Assembly (NCBI GenBank): GCA_963741205.1
Contig: CAVUHW010000020.1
Span: 96,001-160,000, forward strand
Direction of reading: 5' to 3'
Source of the DNA: Nitrospirota bacterium
Lineage (GTDB): Bacteria; Nitrospirota; UBA9217
Length of the DNA stretch: 64,000 bases
Below, piece by piece: positions 44,451 through 55,778 of this stretch (its first letter is position 1; every line of letters starts with the position of its first letter). A model generated the notes under the pieces. It worked only from the letters and a program-made list of their open reading frames with translations. It had not been told where the DNA came from and searched no databases. Both the position numbers and the translations under genes were made by a program.

Positions 44451-47400
44451 TTATTTTCCCGGATCTGGAGCTGCCTCCCTGGTCCTGAAGATCGCGAGCT
44501 TGCCGAAACGCCGCTGGAACGTGTCCAGGTACGTGTAGATGACCGGCGTGATGTACAGGGTCAAAAGCTGCGAAAACACAAGGCCGCCGACCACGGCGAG
44601 CCCGAGGGGCCTGCGCGCCTCTGCGCCCGCGCCCAGCCCCAGCGCGATCGGGAGCGTGCCCATGAGGGCGGCCATCGTGGTCATCATGATGGGACGGAAC
44701 CTGACGAGAGCGCCCTCAAAGATCGCCTCCGCCGGGCCTTTCCCTTCCTTTCGCTCCGCTTCGAGCGCGAAATCGATCATCATGATGGCGTTCTTTTTCA
44801 CGATGCCGATGAGCATGATGACGCCCACGTACCCGTAGATGTTCAGCTCCTTGCCGAAGAGCATAAGGGTCAGAAGCGCTCCGACGCCGGCGGCGGGCAG
44901 TCCGGAGAGGATCGTGAGAGGATGGATAAAGCTCTCGTACAGGATGCCCAGCACGATGTAGATGACCAGGACCGCCATGATCAAGAGGAGAAACAGGTTC
45001 TGCGTGGACGACTGGAACGCCTGCGCGGTCCCCTGAAAACTCGTCGTGACCGAGGCCGGCAGCGTGTCCCGGGCGGCCTTGTCCACGAGGGAAACAGCCT
45101 CGCTCAAGGAAACGCCCGGCCTCAGGTTGAAGGAGAGGGTCACGGCCGGGAGCTGGCCCAGGTGATTGACGAGGAGCGGTCCCGTGCCCACCGTCGGCTT
45201 GGTGACCACATTGAGCGGCACCAGTTTGCCGGAGGATGAACGCACGTACAGCATGGTCAAGCGAGGCCGGATCCGTCTGATACTCCGGCAGGAGTTCCAT
45301 GATGACCTGGTACTGGTTGGTCGGAGCGAGGATCGTGGATATCTGCGGCGCGCTGTAGGCCGTGCTCAAGGCGATTTCGATCTGTTCCGCCGTGACGCCG
45401 AGCGCGGACGCCTTGTCGCGGTCTATCTCGAGGTTCACCTGCGGATTTTTTATCTGCAGGTCGCTGTTCACGTCCTGGAGCTGCGGGATCGTCCGAAGCT
45501 TTGCTTCGAGGACAGGGGCGACGTCTGTAGAGCTCGTCCGTGTCCGGGCTCTGGAGCGTGTACTGGTACTGGCTCTTGGTGAGCGTGCCGCCGATTCTGG
45601 ATCGGCGGCAGGTTCTGCAGGAAAATCCTGATGCCGATGACGCCTGCCGTCTTTTTCCGGAGCGACTGGATGATCTCGTCAGCGGAAATTTTCCGCTCGG
45701 AACGGGGTTTCAGCCTCATGAAGATCCGGCCGGTGTTTCCGGCGGCGTTCGGACCGCCGGCGCCGATCGCTCGACATGAACGCCTCGACATTCGGGTCCT
45801 GGGCGATGATGTCGACGAGCTGCTGCTGGTGCTTCGCCATGTCGGGAAAGGATATCCCCTGCTGCGCCTCGGTAAAGGCGAATATCTGGCCCGTGTCTTC
45901 CGTCGGAAGAAACCCCTTCGGCATGATGATGAACAGGAATATCGTCGCGACGAAGAGCGCCACGGTCACGGCCAGGGTCACCCTGCGATGCTTGAGCACC
46001 CAGGTGAGGCTCGTCTTGTACCCGTTCCGCATGCCGTCGAAGAACCGCTCCAGGGCCATGTAGAGCCGGCCGTGCCGCTCCTCGACCGTGAGGACGCAGA
46101 AACCGGCTCGCCAGCATGGGCGTGAGTGTCAAGGACACGACGCCGGAGACGAGAATGGACTACGCTGATCACGACGGCGAATTCGTGGAGGAGTCGGCCG
46201 AGGATGCCTCCCATGAAGAGCACGGGGATGAAGACCGCGACCAGGGAGACGGTCATGGACAGGATGGTAAAGCCGATCTCCTTCGACCCGTAAAGCGCAG
46301 CCTGAAGCACGGGCTCTCCGTGCTCCATGTGGCGGACGATGTTCTCGAGCATCACGATGGCGTCGTCGACCACAAACCCCACGGCGAGGATCATCGCCAT
46401 GAGCGAAAGGTTGTCAACGCTGTATCCAAGCACGTACATGGCCGTGAACGTGCCGATGATCGACATGGGGAGCGCCAGGCTCGGGATGATCGTTGCCGAG
46501 AGGTTGCGCAGAAACAGGAAGATGACCATGACCACGAGCACAATGGCCAGGAGCAGCGTAAGCTTGACATCATCTGACTGATTCCCGTATGGACACGGAC
46601 CGGTCAAGAGAACATCGAGATTCACCGACGCCGGCAATTGTGCGCGGAAGACGGGCAGGAGCGCCTTGATGGAGTTCACCACCTCGACCGTGTTCGTGCC
46701 GGGCTGGCGCTGGATCGCCAATATGATCGCACGAGGGTTTGACTTTGCGGTAACGTACCAGCTTGCGATCTTGTCGTTTTCCACACTGTCGACCACCATG
46801 CCGAGTTCCCGGAGCCGCACGGGGTTGCCGCTGCGGTAGGCTACGATAAGAGGGCGATATGCGGCCGCGTCCATGAGCTGGCCGCTTGCCTCGATGGTGA
46901 ACGACTTGGTAGCCCCCTGAAGGGTCCCGGTCGGCAGGTTCACGTTCGCCTCGGGAAACCGCAATCGCCACTTCATCGATCCCTATCCCCCGCGAGGCCA
47001 GGGCCCGGGGATCGAGCCGGGCGCGGACGGCGTACTTCTGCGAGCCGAACACCTGCACCTGTGCCACGCCGCTGATCATGGAAATGCGCTGGGCCATCGC
47101 GGTCTCCGCGTATTCATCGACCGCGGAGAGCGGGAGCGTGGGAGAACTGAGCGCGACGATAGATGATCGGCTGGTCAGCGGGATTGACCTTCTGGTAGCT
47201 GGGCGGCGTGGGCATGGACGGCGGGAGCAGTTTCGCGGACTTGGCGATCATGGCGGACACGTCCTCGGCCGCCGCGTCGATGTTCCTGCTCAGGTTGAAC
47301 TGGAGCGTGATCTGCGCGACGCCTTGTCCGCTCACGGAGGTCATGTTGTCGAGTCCCGCGATAGTCGAGAACTGACGCTCCAGCGGCGTAGCCACGGCAG

Positions 47401-47582
47401 AGGCCATGGTCTCCGGGCTCGCCCCGGGAAGACTGGCGTTCACCAGCACGGTCGGGAAATCCACGTTCGGGAGGTCGCTGACCGGCAGCATCCGGTATGC
47501 CATGATGCCGAAGAGCAGAATTGCGGACATGACCAAGGTCGTCATGACCGGCCTGTTTTATGAAGGGTTCCGAGATATGCAT
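44451..47582 (-). CDS. RND efflux permease, MdtB/MdtC-like (multiple frameshifts)
   Basis: LPNVDFPT, PGASPETMA, GFVVDDAIVMLENI, GIVKKNAIMMID, RFRPIMMTT. Confidence 0.93.
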
Positions 47583-47587
47583 AGATT

Positions 47588-47722
47588 ACTTCAAGCTCCA
47601 AATCTCAGGCGACAAAACCCGACAAATACCAAGCATCGATGACCAAGATGTCAAAGCAATCGGAATTTATTATTTGGAACTGGCGCTTATTTGGTATTTG
47701 TCATCTGTGATTTAGTATTTCC
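47588..47722. repeat. Degenerate short-unit inverted repeat tract
   Basis: ctccaaatctcagg..caaataccaag ... tttggaac..tttggtatttg..gtgatttagtattt; resembles 855-1000. Confidence 0.5.
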
Positions 47723-48858
47723 CTCGCCGGGTTTCGGATTTCCCCCGTTTTCCCCTTTCACTTCAACCGTGCCCCGGGAATCAAATTCAGTTGTCCGTCA
47801 ACAACCACTTTTTCTCCCGCCGATACCCCCTGGCTGACCACGGCGAGGTCGCCGAACGAACGCGAGACGGTCACCTGACGCGATTCAACCGTGAAGTCCG
47901 GTTTTACCACGAAGACATACTGCCCCTGCTGGCCTGTCTGAAGCGCCGCGGACGGCATGACCACGGCGTTCCGCTGCGTGGTGAGCATAAGAAGCACGTT
48001 CACAAACTGGCCGGGCCAGAGCCGTTTGTCCCTGTTCTCGAAGGTGCCCTTGAGCTGAATCGTCCCGGTCGAAGTATCCACGGAATTATTGATGAACGTA
48101 AGCACTCCCGTGGCCGGGCGTTTTTCATCGCCCGGGATAACCGCCTCCACCTGCAAGGATCCCTCTGCATTGTATTTCTTGATGTCCGCGAGGTTCTGTT
48201 CAGGCACGGAAAAAGTAATATATATGGGGACGACCTTATTGATGGTCACCATCACGAGGTCATTCGCTTTAATAATATTGCCCTTGTTGACCAGGACGCT
48301 CCCGACGCGGCCGTCGATGGGAGACTTAATCGTGCAGAAGGAATATTGAAGTTTTAAGCCCTCCACATTAGCCTTGTCCGCAAGGACCGCGGCCGCCAGG
48401 GCATCGGCGTTTGCGTGGAACTGGTCGTATTGATCTTTGGAAACGTAGTCTTTTTGAGACCAGAATTGCATATCTCTTGGCTTGCTCTTCCGCGTTTATT
48501 GCCTGGGCCACGTCCCGCGCGAGCTGGGCCTCAGCCTGCTTGATGGCCATCTCGTAGGGACGAGGATCTATTTGAAAGAGCAGGTCGCCCTGCTTTACAT
48601 CCTGGCCTTCCCTGAAATGAACATCGATCACCTCCCCGCCAACCTGGGCCTTCACCGATACGGTGTTGAATGCCTCGACATTGCCGATGGCATTGATCTG
48701 GACCGGGACGTTCATCTGAATCACGTCGCCCGTTTTTACCGGCACTACTGCGCTGCGGAGTCTGCTTCGCCTTGCCGTCGGAACAGCCGCCGATGAACGT
48801 CGAATATCAGGAATATAACGATGAATGTCCTTTTACCGGCCAATGATCCGTATTTCAT
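47712..48858 (-). CDS. RND membrane fusion protein, MdtA-like (frameshifted)
   Basis: LFQIDPRPY, SPIDGRVG, VDTSTGTI, LWPGQFV. Confidence 0.9.
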
Positions 48859-48974
48859 ATCACTCCTGCTGCCTTTCTTTTTCTTGATATCTTCCGCGCG
48901 CATTCATGATGCTCCCTTGCCTTCATGTCCGCATCGACATGCGGCACCGGTCCTCCATCGGACACCGTTCCCCA

Positions 48975-50370
48975 TTACCGCGCTCCCATCGCCTTCTCGA
49001 TGGTTGCCTGGGCGATCTTGTAATTGGACAGGGCGGTGGTATAGTTCGCCTCGGCCGTAACATAGGTGGCGAATGCATCGGAGACCTCAATCGGGCTTCC
49101 CACGCCAGCCGCGTATCTGCCGTTCGAAAGATCCAGGTTCTCTTTGGACTGCTCAGCCGCGAGTTTAGCCGTTGAAATGCTGGCCCACGCTGCCTGCCAG
49201 ATTCAGATAGGCCTGTCGGACGTCGAACATGATCTGCTGTCGTAAAGACTCTTCATTAGCTTTCAGAATGTAAAGATTTGCTTTTGCCTCGGCCACTTGA
49301 TGGCTGGTCAGGAATCCGTTGAACAACGGCACGGTCAGGAGCACACCAGCGCTCCAACTGCGTTCCAGCGATGAGGCGGACTCTCCGGTCCAGTTATAGT
49401 TTGCGTTTCCCGACAGGACCGGGTAATAATCCGACCTTGCAAGACTGATATTCATCTCTGCTGCCTGCCTTTTTGCGGTGATAGATTTGTAGTCAGGCCT
49501 GTTTTCGAGGGCGCGCTGTGCAGCTTCTTCCACGGTTATCGTATATTTCTCGAAGGTCAGTTGATCCTCTATGGTGTAAGTACCCAACGGCGCATCAGGT
49601 ACCCCCATGGCATTTTTCAGGGTAACCCACGCGATTTTAAAGGCATTCTCGGCATTGATGAGGCTTAGCTGCGCATTGCTCAGGTCCACTTCCGCCTTGA
49701 TGACGTCGATTCTCGCCTTCGTTCCGACATCGTAAAAGCCCTGCGCCTGGTCAAGGTGCAGTTGAAACTGTTTTATGACGTCCGCCGCGACGTCGCGGTT
49801 CCTCCTGGCCTGGAGGACGCCGTAGTAGGCCTGCTTTACGCTCAGGATGACCGTATCCTGCGTCGAATCCAGATCCGAGCGGGAAGCCTCGAGATTATAC
49901 TTCGAAACATCGACCTGTGAGGAAGTCTTTCCGAAGTCGAGGATTTTCTGGTTGAGCGTCACACTGCCTGAATACTGATCGAATGACTGGGAAGTACTGG
50001 AAGTTGCCGGCGCGATCGGGAAGGGATTGATCCTGCTATAGCCCGCCGAGGCGCTGAGCTGCGGGTAATAGCTGGAGCGCGCTTCACCCACCCTGTTCGA
50101 GTTGACATCAACCCCGTATCGTGCGGCGAGAATGACCGGGTTCTTCTGGAGCGCGATTTCGATGCACCGGTTGAGCGTCAATTTCTCGACCGCTGTGACG
50201 GCTCCGCCTCCGGAGCCATCATTTTTTTCGGCCTGTCCCGGCTCGGGAGTTGATACGTGAGTCTGCGCCGGCTCTTCCGCGTAGAGGTGATGAAGTGGAG
50301 CGGCCCCGAGCAACAGGATGGACAAGGCTGCCGCCTGTCCCCATTTTTTCGATCGATCAATTGCCTGCAT
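48975..50370 (-). CDS. TolC-family outer membrane factor (frameshift near 49190)
   Basis: Signal peptide, ALQKNP, YYPQL, YYPVL, VPLFNG; ends IEKAMGAR. Confidence 0.92.
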
Positions 50371-50402
50371 ACCGGTCTCCCTTGAACTGCGTTTACTGTC
50401 TG

Positions 50403-50993
50403 CTATTTAATAGTGCCATGTATAAAGATGCTAATCACTTCCTGAACATACTTTTCCATGTTTTGTTTTTTCATACCGCCCGTCCGCATGATCTCTTCCT
50501 GTCTGAAATAGGAAATGAAAATCGCTAAATAGACGCGCGCGACTATTTCCGGAGAGATGTCTTTTCTTAGATTTCCCCGCTCCTGCAATGTTCTGATAAA
50601 GTTAGCCAGTATTGCCCGGACTTCTTCAGTGAACTTATTATAGACTTCCCTGATTTTCACGGGATAACTGGTCACCTCCTGGTACATGATCTTGATCATG
50701 GCCTTTCGTTCTTTCAAGGTCAGAAGAAGCCGCGTAGCAATCAATGTCAGCGCTTCTTCGATGGGAAGCCCTTCCAACTCCGGCAGGAGTTCCTTCAGCT
50801 TCGGTAAAAAAGTATAAGTCTTCAAGACTTCTTCAAATAATAACTCCTTGGACCCGAAGTTCCTGAAAAGAGTGATCTCGGTTACACCGGCCTCCTTGGC
50901 TATTTCTCTCGTAGTGGTGCCGAGATACCCTTTCTCGGAGATGAGCTTAAGGGTCGCCTGCAACAGTAATTCTTTGGTATTCGAAGTTCTCAT
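50403..50993 (-). CDS. TetR/AcrR family repressor
   Basis: TTTREIAKEAGVTEITLFRNFGSKE helix-turn-helix. Confidence 0.95.
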   Translation of the reverse strand: MRTSNTKELLLQATLKLISEKGYLGTTTREIAKEAGVTEITLFRNFGSKELLFEEVLKTYTFLPKLKELLPELEGLPIEEALTLIATRLLLTLKERKAMIKIMYQEVTSYPVKIREVYNKFTEEVRAILANFIRTLQERGNLRKDISPEIVARVYLAIFISYFRQEEIMRTGGMKKQNMEKYVQEVISIFIHGTIK

Positions 50994-51004
50994 CGTTTTC
51001 AGAT

Positions 51005-51048
51005 TGTAAGTATGTACTTACATTACAGGAAGCGCTGAGGCATGTCAA
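51005..51048 (-). promoter_or_regulatory. Efflux operon promoter with overlapping TetR operator
   Basis: Minus strand TTGACA-17-TAATGT; palindrome TGTAAGTA-TG-TACTTACA (51005-51022) covers the -10 and start site. Confidence 0.8.
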
Positions 51049-51160
51049 GAGATTTCACCGCCGATGGTGTATTTTCCCCTTGCGCGGGCCGGCCGCTTGT
51101 GGTATGGTAGCGCCTGCATTTCACCTAATATAATTTACTCACATAACGGAGGATATCACT

Positions 51161-51355
51161 GTGGCAGGCACATGTCAGATATGCGGCAAAGGCAAGCTCA
51201 GCGGCAACCAGGTTAGCCATTCGAACAACAAGACCAAAAAGATGTCAAAACCGAACCTGCAGTTCGTGAAGGCCGTAGGACCCCACGGTTCTCATATACG
51301 CATGCACGTATGCACCCGCTGCATACGCTCGGGCAAGGTAAAAAAAGTCAGCTGA
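51161..51355 (+). CDS. rpmB: 50S ribosomal protein L28 (zinc-binding type)
   Basis: [31 protein letters not shown]; GGAGG SD. Confidence 0.96.
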   Translation: MAGTCQICGKGKLSGNQVSHSNNKTKKMSKPNLQFVKAVGPHGSHIRMHVCTRCIRSGKVKKVS

Positions 51356-51380
51356 CGGTCTCATCAGGAACCATCATTCC

Positions 51381-51413
51381 ATCCCCTGCCGTTTCAAACG
51401 GCGGGGATTTTTT
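51381..51413 (+). terminator. Intrinsic terminator after rpmB
   Basis: ATCCCCTGCCGTTT-C-AAACGGCGGGGATTTTTT. Confidence 0.85.
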
Positions 51414-51614
51414 CCCTCCATCGTCATCCTATCGTGAAACATCAAGGCCCGGTCCAATTTCAGTTCGAAGAATATTCTAAAAGGCGTCGACGGAATGAAA
51501 ACTTACGGTCAACAAAACAGACGTGCGGTTTTCTGGTCCTCGCGACAGAACGAAAGTCCTCAACAATACACTAAATTACAGAATAAGAAGTAATGTAAAA
51601 TTAGAATTTGAAGT

Positions 51615-51643
51615 TGACACGATGGAACGAGTGGACTATCATT
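51615..51643 (+). promoter_or_regulatory. sigma70 promoter of beta-propeller gene (about 180-nt leader)
   Basis: TTGACA-17 bp-TATCAT. Confidence 0.7.
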
Positions 51644-51830
51644 ATTTTGGTCAAACAATAACTGATTTAACATGTCATCGCGCTGATTCTAATTCCCCTG
51701 CTTTGCAGAGAAGGAGGTGGACCGCAATATCAGCATTAGTAACAATTAGTGAGAGTGACCCATCAGGTCAAGGAACGACGCATCATCCGGGGACGTTGTG
51801 TTTTTCAACTTTAAACATTTGGGAGGAGCT

Positions 51831-52977
51831 ATGAGTTTTCTGAAAAAAAGTGTCGTAGTCGGTTTGATTGTTCTGGGTATTGTCGCCCTGCTCGTGGGCG
51901 TATCCGTCCGCGCAACGGTTGATGCTGCGGATGTAGCTGTTATCAACGTGAAGGAAGTGCCTGCGGCAAAGCTGCCGACGTTCGACGCAACGGCATACAT
52001 CGCCGGCCACGGCGGCCACCTGGCGATCCTTGACATGAGGACGATGAAGTCTCCGACTGACATTGAAAAAGACCGGATCGTTCTCACGGAGGCCGGCTCC
52101 GAGATGGAAGGCAAGGTTGCCGGGATAAGCTTCGAGGAAACCAAGAAGGCGGGCGGTTCTCACGGCCAGGAACTCCTCACGGAAAAGGGACAGAAGGTTC
52201 TCGTTGCCGGCACCCTGTCCGGCAATGTCTATAAAGTCGAGCTCGACAAGAACGGCAGAGCGGCGAAAAAGGAAGGTCCGTTCAAGGTCGGCGAGAAGTT
52301 CTGCGGCGCCATCGCCGGTCCGGACGGCAATATTTACTTTGAAGACATGACGAACGGCAGCGTCTATGTTTGGGATGCCAAGACGCTGAAGACCGTGGAA
52401 AAAATGCCCGTCGGCATGGCCGTCTGCGGCATTCAGTGGACCAAGAACAACAAGAAGGCTTACATAACCGATATGCCGACCGGCATCGTCTATGTCTACG
52501 ACTGGTCAGGCAAGGAAAAGAAGAAAATCGCCGAGATCAAGGACCCGACGATGACCTTCATCCATCAGGCAAGGATGACGAATGATGGCAAGCAGCTCTG
52601 GGTGAGCTCGCCGAATGAATTTGAACTCGATCCCGAGTCCAGCAAGGAAGGCCATGGGCCGCTTCGCGGAGGGAGCCATCCGAGCCAGGTCGTCATCATC
52701 GACACTGCCACGGACAAGATCGTGAAACGCCTCGTTTTGCCCGACTACGGTCAGCCCTCACGATTTTGCGTTCAGCAAGGACGGGAAATATGCATTCTTG
52801 TCCTCCCGTTCTTACGGTTCGGATGACAGCACCCTGAACATCCTGGACATGAAGACCGACAATCTCATCGGCAAGGTCTCTCTTTGCGCCAGCTGCCACA
52901 AACCGGCGGGTGTTGAAGTCAAGATTGACAAGGGCTCTCCGCTGCTCTGCGGCATTACCTTAGATTGGCATAAGTAG
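51831..52977 (+). CDS. Secreted YncE/YVTN-like beta-propeller with His/Cys blade motifs and C-terminal CxxCH (frameshift near 52750)
   Basis: Signal peptide; blade repeats (VYVWDAKTLKTV, VVIIDTATDKIV); reconstructed tail VSPHDFAFSKDGKY...SLCASCHK...LLCGITLDWHK. Confidence 0.8.
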
Positions 52978-53004
52978 TCCGCATTCACTACATTCGATTT
53001 CCTT

Positions 53005-53040
53005 AAGAGGGCAGGGTTCTCCCCTGCCCTCTCTTGTTTC
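53005..53040 (+). terminator. Hairpin/terminator after propeller gene
   Basis: AGAGGGCAGGG-TTCTC-CCCTGCCCTCT followed by a T-rich tail. Confidence 0.7.
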
Positions 53041-53102
53041 TTTACTTGCCCGCATCATTTCTGGTATAATCCATCATCCATTAAGGATTTATCGCGAAAC
53101 GT

Positions 53103-54299
53103 ATGAACATCCCCTTTGTGGCCCTCAGAAATCTCAAAAGAAAATTGACGCGGACGTGGCTTTTATTCGCCATCGTCGCGGTTGTATCGTGCACGCTGTT
53201 CTCCGCAACGCTCTTCCTGAAAAGCATCAACAACGCGCTCAGAATCGGCACCTACCGTCTGGGCGCCGACATCCTGGTCGTCCCCGAAGGCGCGGAAGCC
53301 AAGGCAAAATCGGCGCTGCTCTCCGGCGAACCGACCCATTTCCTGATGGACCGCAAGGTTCTCGACCTCGTCAAAGCGGTAAGCGGCGTCAAGAATGCGA
53401 CCCCGCAGCTTTTCATCAAGCCAACCAGCTTCACCTGCTGCTTCAACGTCGATGTTTTTCTCGTCGCCTTCGATCCGGACTCCGACTTTACGGTAAAGCC
53501 CTGGCTCGAAAAACATTTGAACCGGCGGCTCGGCGTCAACGAGATCATCACCGGCCGCACGGTCCCGGTCATCGCGGGAGACCGTATACCTTTTTTCGGC
53601 ACGACGTTCACCATCGCGGGGACCATGGAACCGACGGGAATGGACTTTTTCGACCGCGCCGTTTTCATGAGTCTGGACGCAGCGTATCGGATGGCGGAGG
53701 ATTCCAAGACCAGGGCGATCCAGCCTCTTGACATAGGCAAAGACCAGATATCGACCGTGCTGGTCCAGGTCAACGATGACATTACCCCCGACCGGGTCGC
53801 CATCCGCATCGAACACGATATCGCCGGGGTAAAGGCCCTCGTCTCGGACACCGTCATCAGCACGGTGCGGAAGCAGCTCGCGGGCCTGATCAAGGCGATC
53901 CTGGCCATCAGCGTCATCCTGTGGTTCATCGTCCTCCTCATCATGGCATTCGCTTTTTATATGATCGTGAATGAACGTCGCCGGGAAATCGGCCTTCTGC
54001 GCGCGATGGGCGCGAACAGGGGCCATATCGCCTCCATCTTCCTGGTCGAAGCGAGCCTGCTTTCGGCCGCGGGCGGCGTGGCCGGCGTCGCCCTCGGATA
54101 CGGGCTGTTGTTCAGTTTCAAGAACCTCATGCTCCACTATCTCAAACTGCCTTATCTTTTCCCCAGCACGCCGGAACTGATGATCCTGACGATCGGCGCC
54201 CTCATCATTTCCCTGGCTACCGGCCTCGTCGCTGCCTTGCTGCCGTCGCTTGCCGTTTTGACCGTTGAACCCTACGATGCCATACGGAGCGCCGAATGA
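53103..54299 (+). CDS. FtsX/MacB-like ABC permease with periplasmic Cys-Cys
   Basis: RLGADILVVP, FTCCF, NERRREIGLLRAMGA, EPYDAIR. Confidence 0.9.
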   Translation: MNIPFVALRNLKRKLTRTWLLFAIVAVVSCTLFSATLFLKSINNALRIGTYRLGADILVVPEGAEAKAKSALLSGEPTHFLMDRKVLDLVKAVSGVKNATPQLFIKPTSFTCCFNVDVFLVAFDPDSDFTVKPWLEKHLNRRLGVNEIITGRTVPVIAGDRIPFFGTTFTIAGTMEPTGMDFFDRAVFMSLDAAYRMAEDSKTRAIQPLDIGKDQISTVLVQVNDDITPDRVAIRIEHDIAGVKALVSDTVISTVRKQLAGLIKAILAISVILWFIVLLIMAFAFYMIVNERRREIGLLRAMGANRGHIASIFLVEASLLSAAGGVAGVALGYGLLFSFKNLMLHYLKLPYLFPSTPELMILTIGALIISLATGLVAALLPSLAVLTVEPYDAIRSAE

Positions 54300-54889
54300 A
54301 TTTTCTTCTGACGGTCGTTATGACGACGCTGTTGCTTCTTTCATGCACCCAGAAAAAAGAGGAGCCGCCCGCCCAGCAGACGGTTTCCCCAGAGCGGATC
54401 CAGTTGGACGAGCTTAAAGAGCGAACCGTAAAAAATCCGAAGGATGTGGACGCCTGGAGCCGTCTGGCGAGCATCTACGAGAGCGCCCAGATGTACAAGG
54501 AGGCCGTGAACGCCCTGAAGAATGTTATCGAACTCGATCCCAAGCGGGGCTACACCTACCTGAGGCTGGGGAGCGCCTACAACAGACTCGCGCAATATGA
54601 GGACGCGATAAAAATTTTACGCGCCGGGGAAAAATATTCTCCGCAGAATCCGGTCCTGTATAATAATCTGGGAGTGACGTACGGCATGGTCGGGAAAACA
54701 AAGGAAGAAATCGCCGCCCTCGAAAAGGCCATCTCCCTGCGACCTCACTACTCAACGGCCCGCATAAACCTCGGCCTGGTATTCCTGAAACAGGGAAAGC
54801 GCCAGGAAGCACTGAACCAATATAACGAAATCAAGAAGTACGACGAGGGCGGGGCTGAAACCCTTAAAAAGGAAATCGACAAAAGGTAG
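54296..54889 (+). CDS. TPR lipoprotein
   Basis: Lipobox LLLSC; TPR repeats (AWSRLA, YLRLGSAY, YNNLG, INLG). Confidence 0.85.
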   Translation: MNFLLTVVMTTLLLLSCTQKKEEPPAQQTVSPERIQLDELKERTVKNPKDVDAWSRLASIYESAQMYKEAVNALKNVIELDPKRGYTYLRLGSAYNRLAQYEDAIKILRAGEKYSPQNPVLYNNLGVTYGMVGKTKEEIAALEKAISLRPHYSTARINLGLVFLKQGKRQEALNQYNEIKKYDEGGAETLKKEIDKR

Positions 54890-54899
54890 GGACCGCTTT

Positions 54900-55304
54900 A
54901 TGAAATTGAGAAGCTTGTTCTTCATTTACGCGATGTTCTGTTTCGCCCTGATGATTTCCACGGCTTCTGCGGCTGACATCAACTGCGCCCAGTGCGGAAT
55001 GACCGTGGACCTGGACTCGAAGTTCACCTCAAGGATCGTGGTCAAGGACACGACCCTGTACTTCTGCGATATCGGCGACTTTTTCACCTACCTGAACCGG
55101 AAAAAACCGGCTGCGGTCAAAACCGAGGTCAGGGATTACCCGAGCGGTGAATGGATCGATGCGAAAGCCGCCAGCTACGTCCATTCCGAAAAGAAATTCA
55201 AGACGCCCATGGGTTGGGGCATTGCGGCATTCAGGGAAAAGTCACGGGCAGCGGAATTCGGGGATGTTATGGCGTTCGATGCCGCGGCGAAGAAGGTGCA
55301 CTGA
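54900..55304 (+). CDS. nosL: NosL-family copper chaperone
   Basis: Signal peptide, CAQCGM, YFCDIGD, WIDAKAASYV, TPMGWGIAAF. Confidence 0.88.
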   Translation: MKLRSLFFIYAMFCFALMISTASAADINCAQCGMTVDLDSKFTSRIVVKDTTLYFCDIGDFFTYLNRKKPAAVKTEVRDYPSGEWIDAKAASYVHSEKKFKTPMGWGIAAFREKSRAAEFGDVMAFDAAAKKVH

Positions 55305-55373
55305 GCCGACGGTCATCCGTGCCAGGGAATTCGTCCGGGGCACAGGGGTATTTTTGGAGAGAGACACGTTCTC

Positions 55374-55778
55374 ATGAAAAAGCTGGTCGCCTTCTCGTCG
55401 CTTGCCTGCGGTCTACTCTTGATCCTCATTCCGCGTTTCATCCTGCCCACGTGTGAATACGAAGGTTACCCACGCATGCATTGTTCGGACGCGGCCCATG
55501 CGGAATTTATTGCCGGCGCGCTGCTCATGCTGATGGGGTGCGGGACGCTCTTCCTGAAAACGGAAACGACGACCATGCTCGCCTCTCTGGCTGCCGGTTT
55601 GCTTTTTGTCGTCGCCTACTGGATTCCCGATATGACCGGGTATTGTCAAAGCCCGCGCATGCCGTGTAACTACGGGACGGTCCCGGGGGTGCGCTTCGTC
55701 TCGGTTACCGGCTTCATGATAATGGCCGTCGCACTGGCCGGCCTCGCAAGATCCCGCGGAAGGAAAAAGAACGCATGA
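55374..55778 (+). CDS. DUF4418-like membrane protein
   Basis: Four hydrophobic segments with two periplasmic C-x(n)-MxC motifs (CEYEGYPRMHC, YCQSPRMPC). Confidence 0.75.
   Translation: MKKLVAFSSLACGLLLILIPRFILPTCEYEGYPRMHCSDAAHAEFIAGALLMLMGCGTLFLKTETTTMLASLAAGLLFVVAYWIPDMTGYCQSPRMPCNYGTVPGVRFVSVTGFMIMAVALAGLARSRGRKKNA

Noticed and set aside
51831-55304. Calling this a nos (N2O reductase) cluster
   Set aside because: The propeller is only about 380 aa with no CuA domain, there is no nosD, and the ABC transporter is FtsX/MacB type rather than NosFY.
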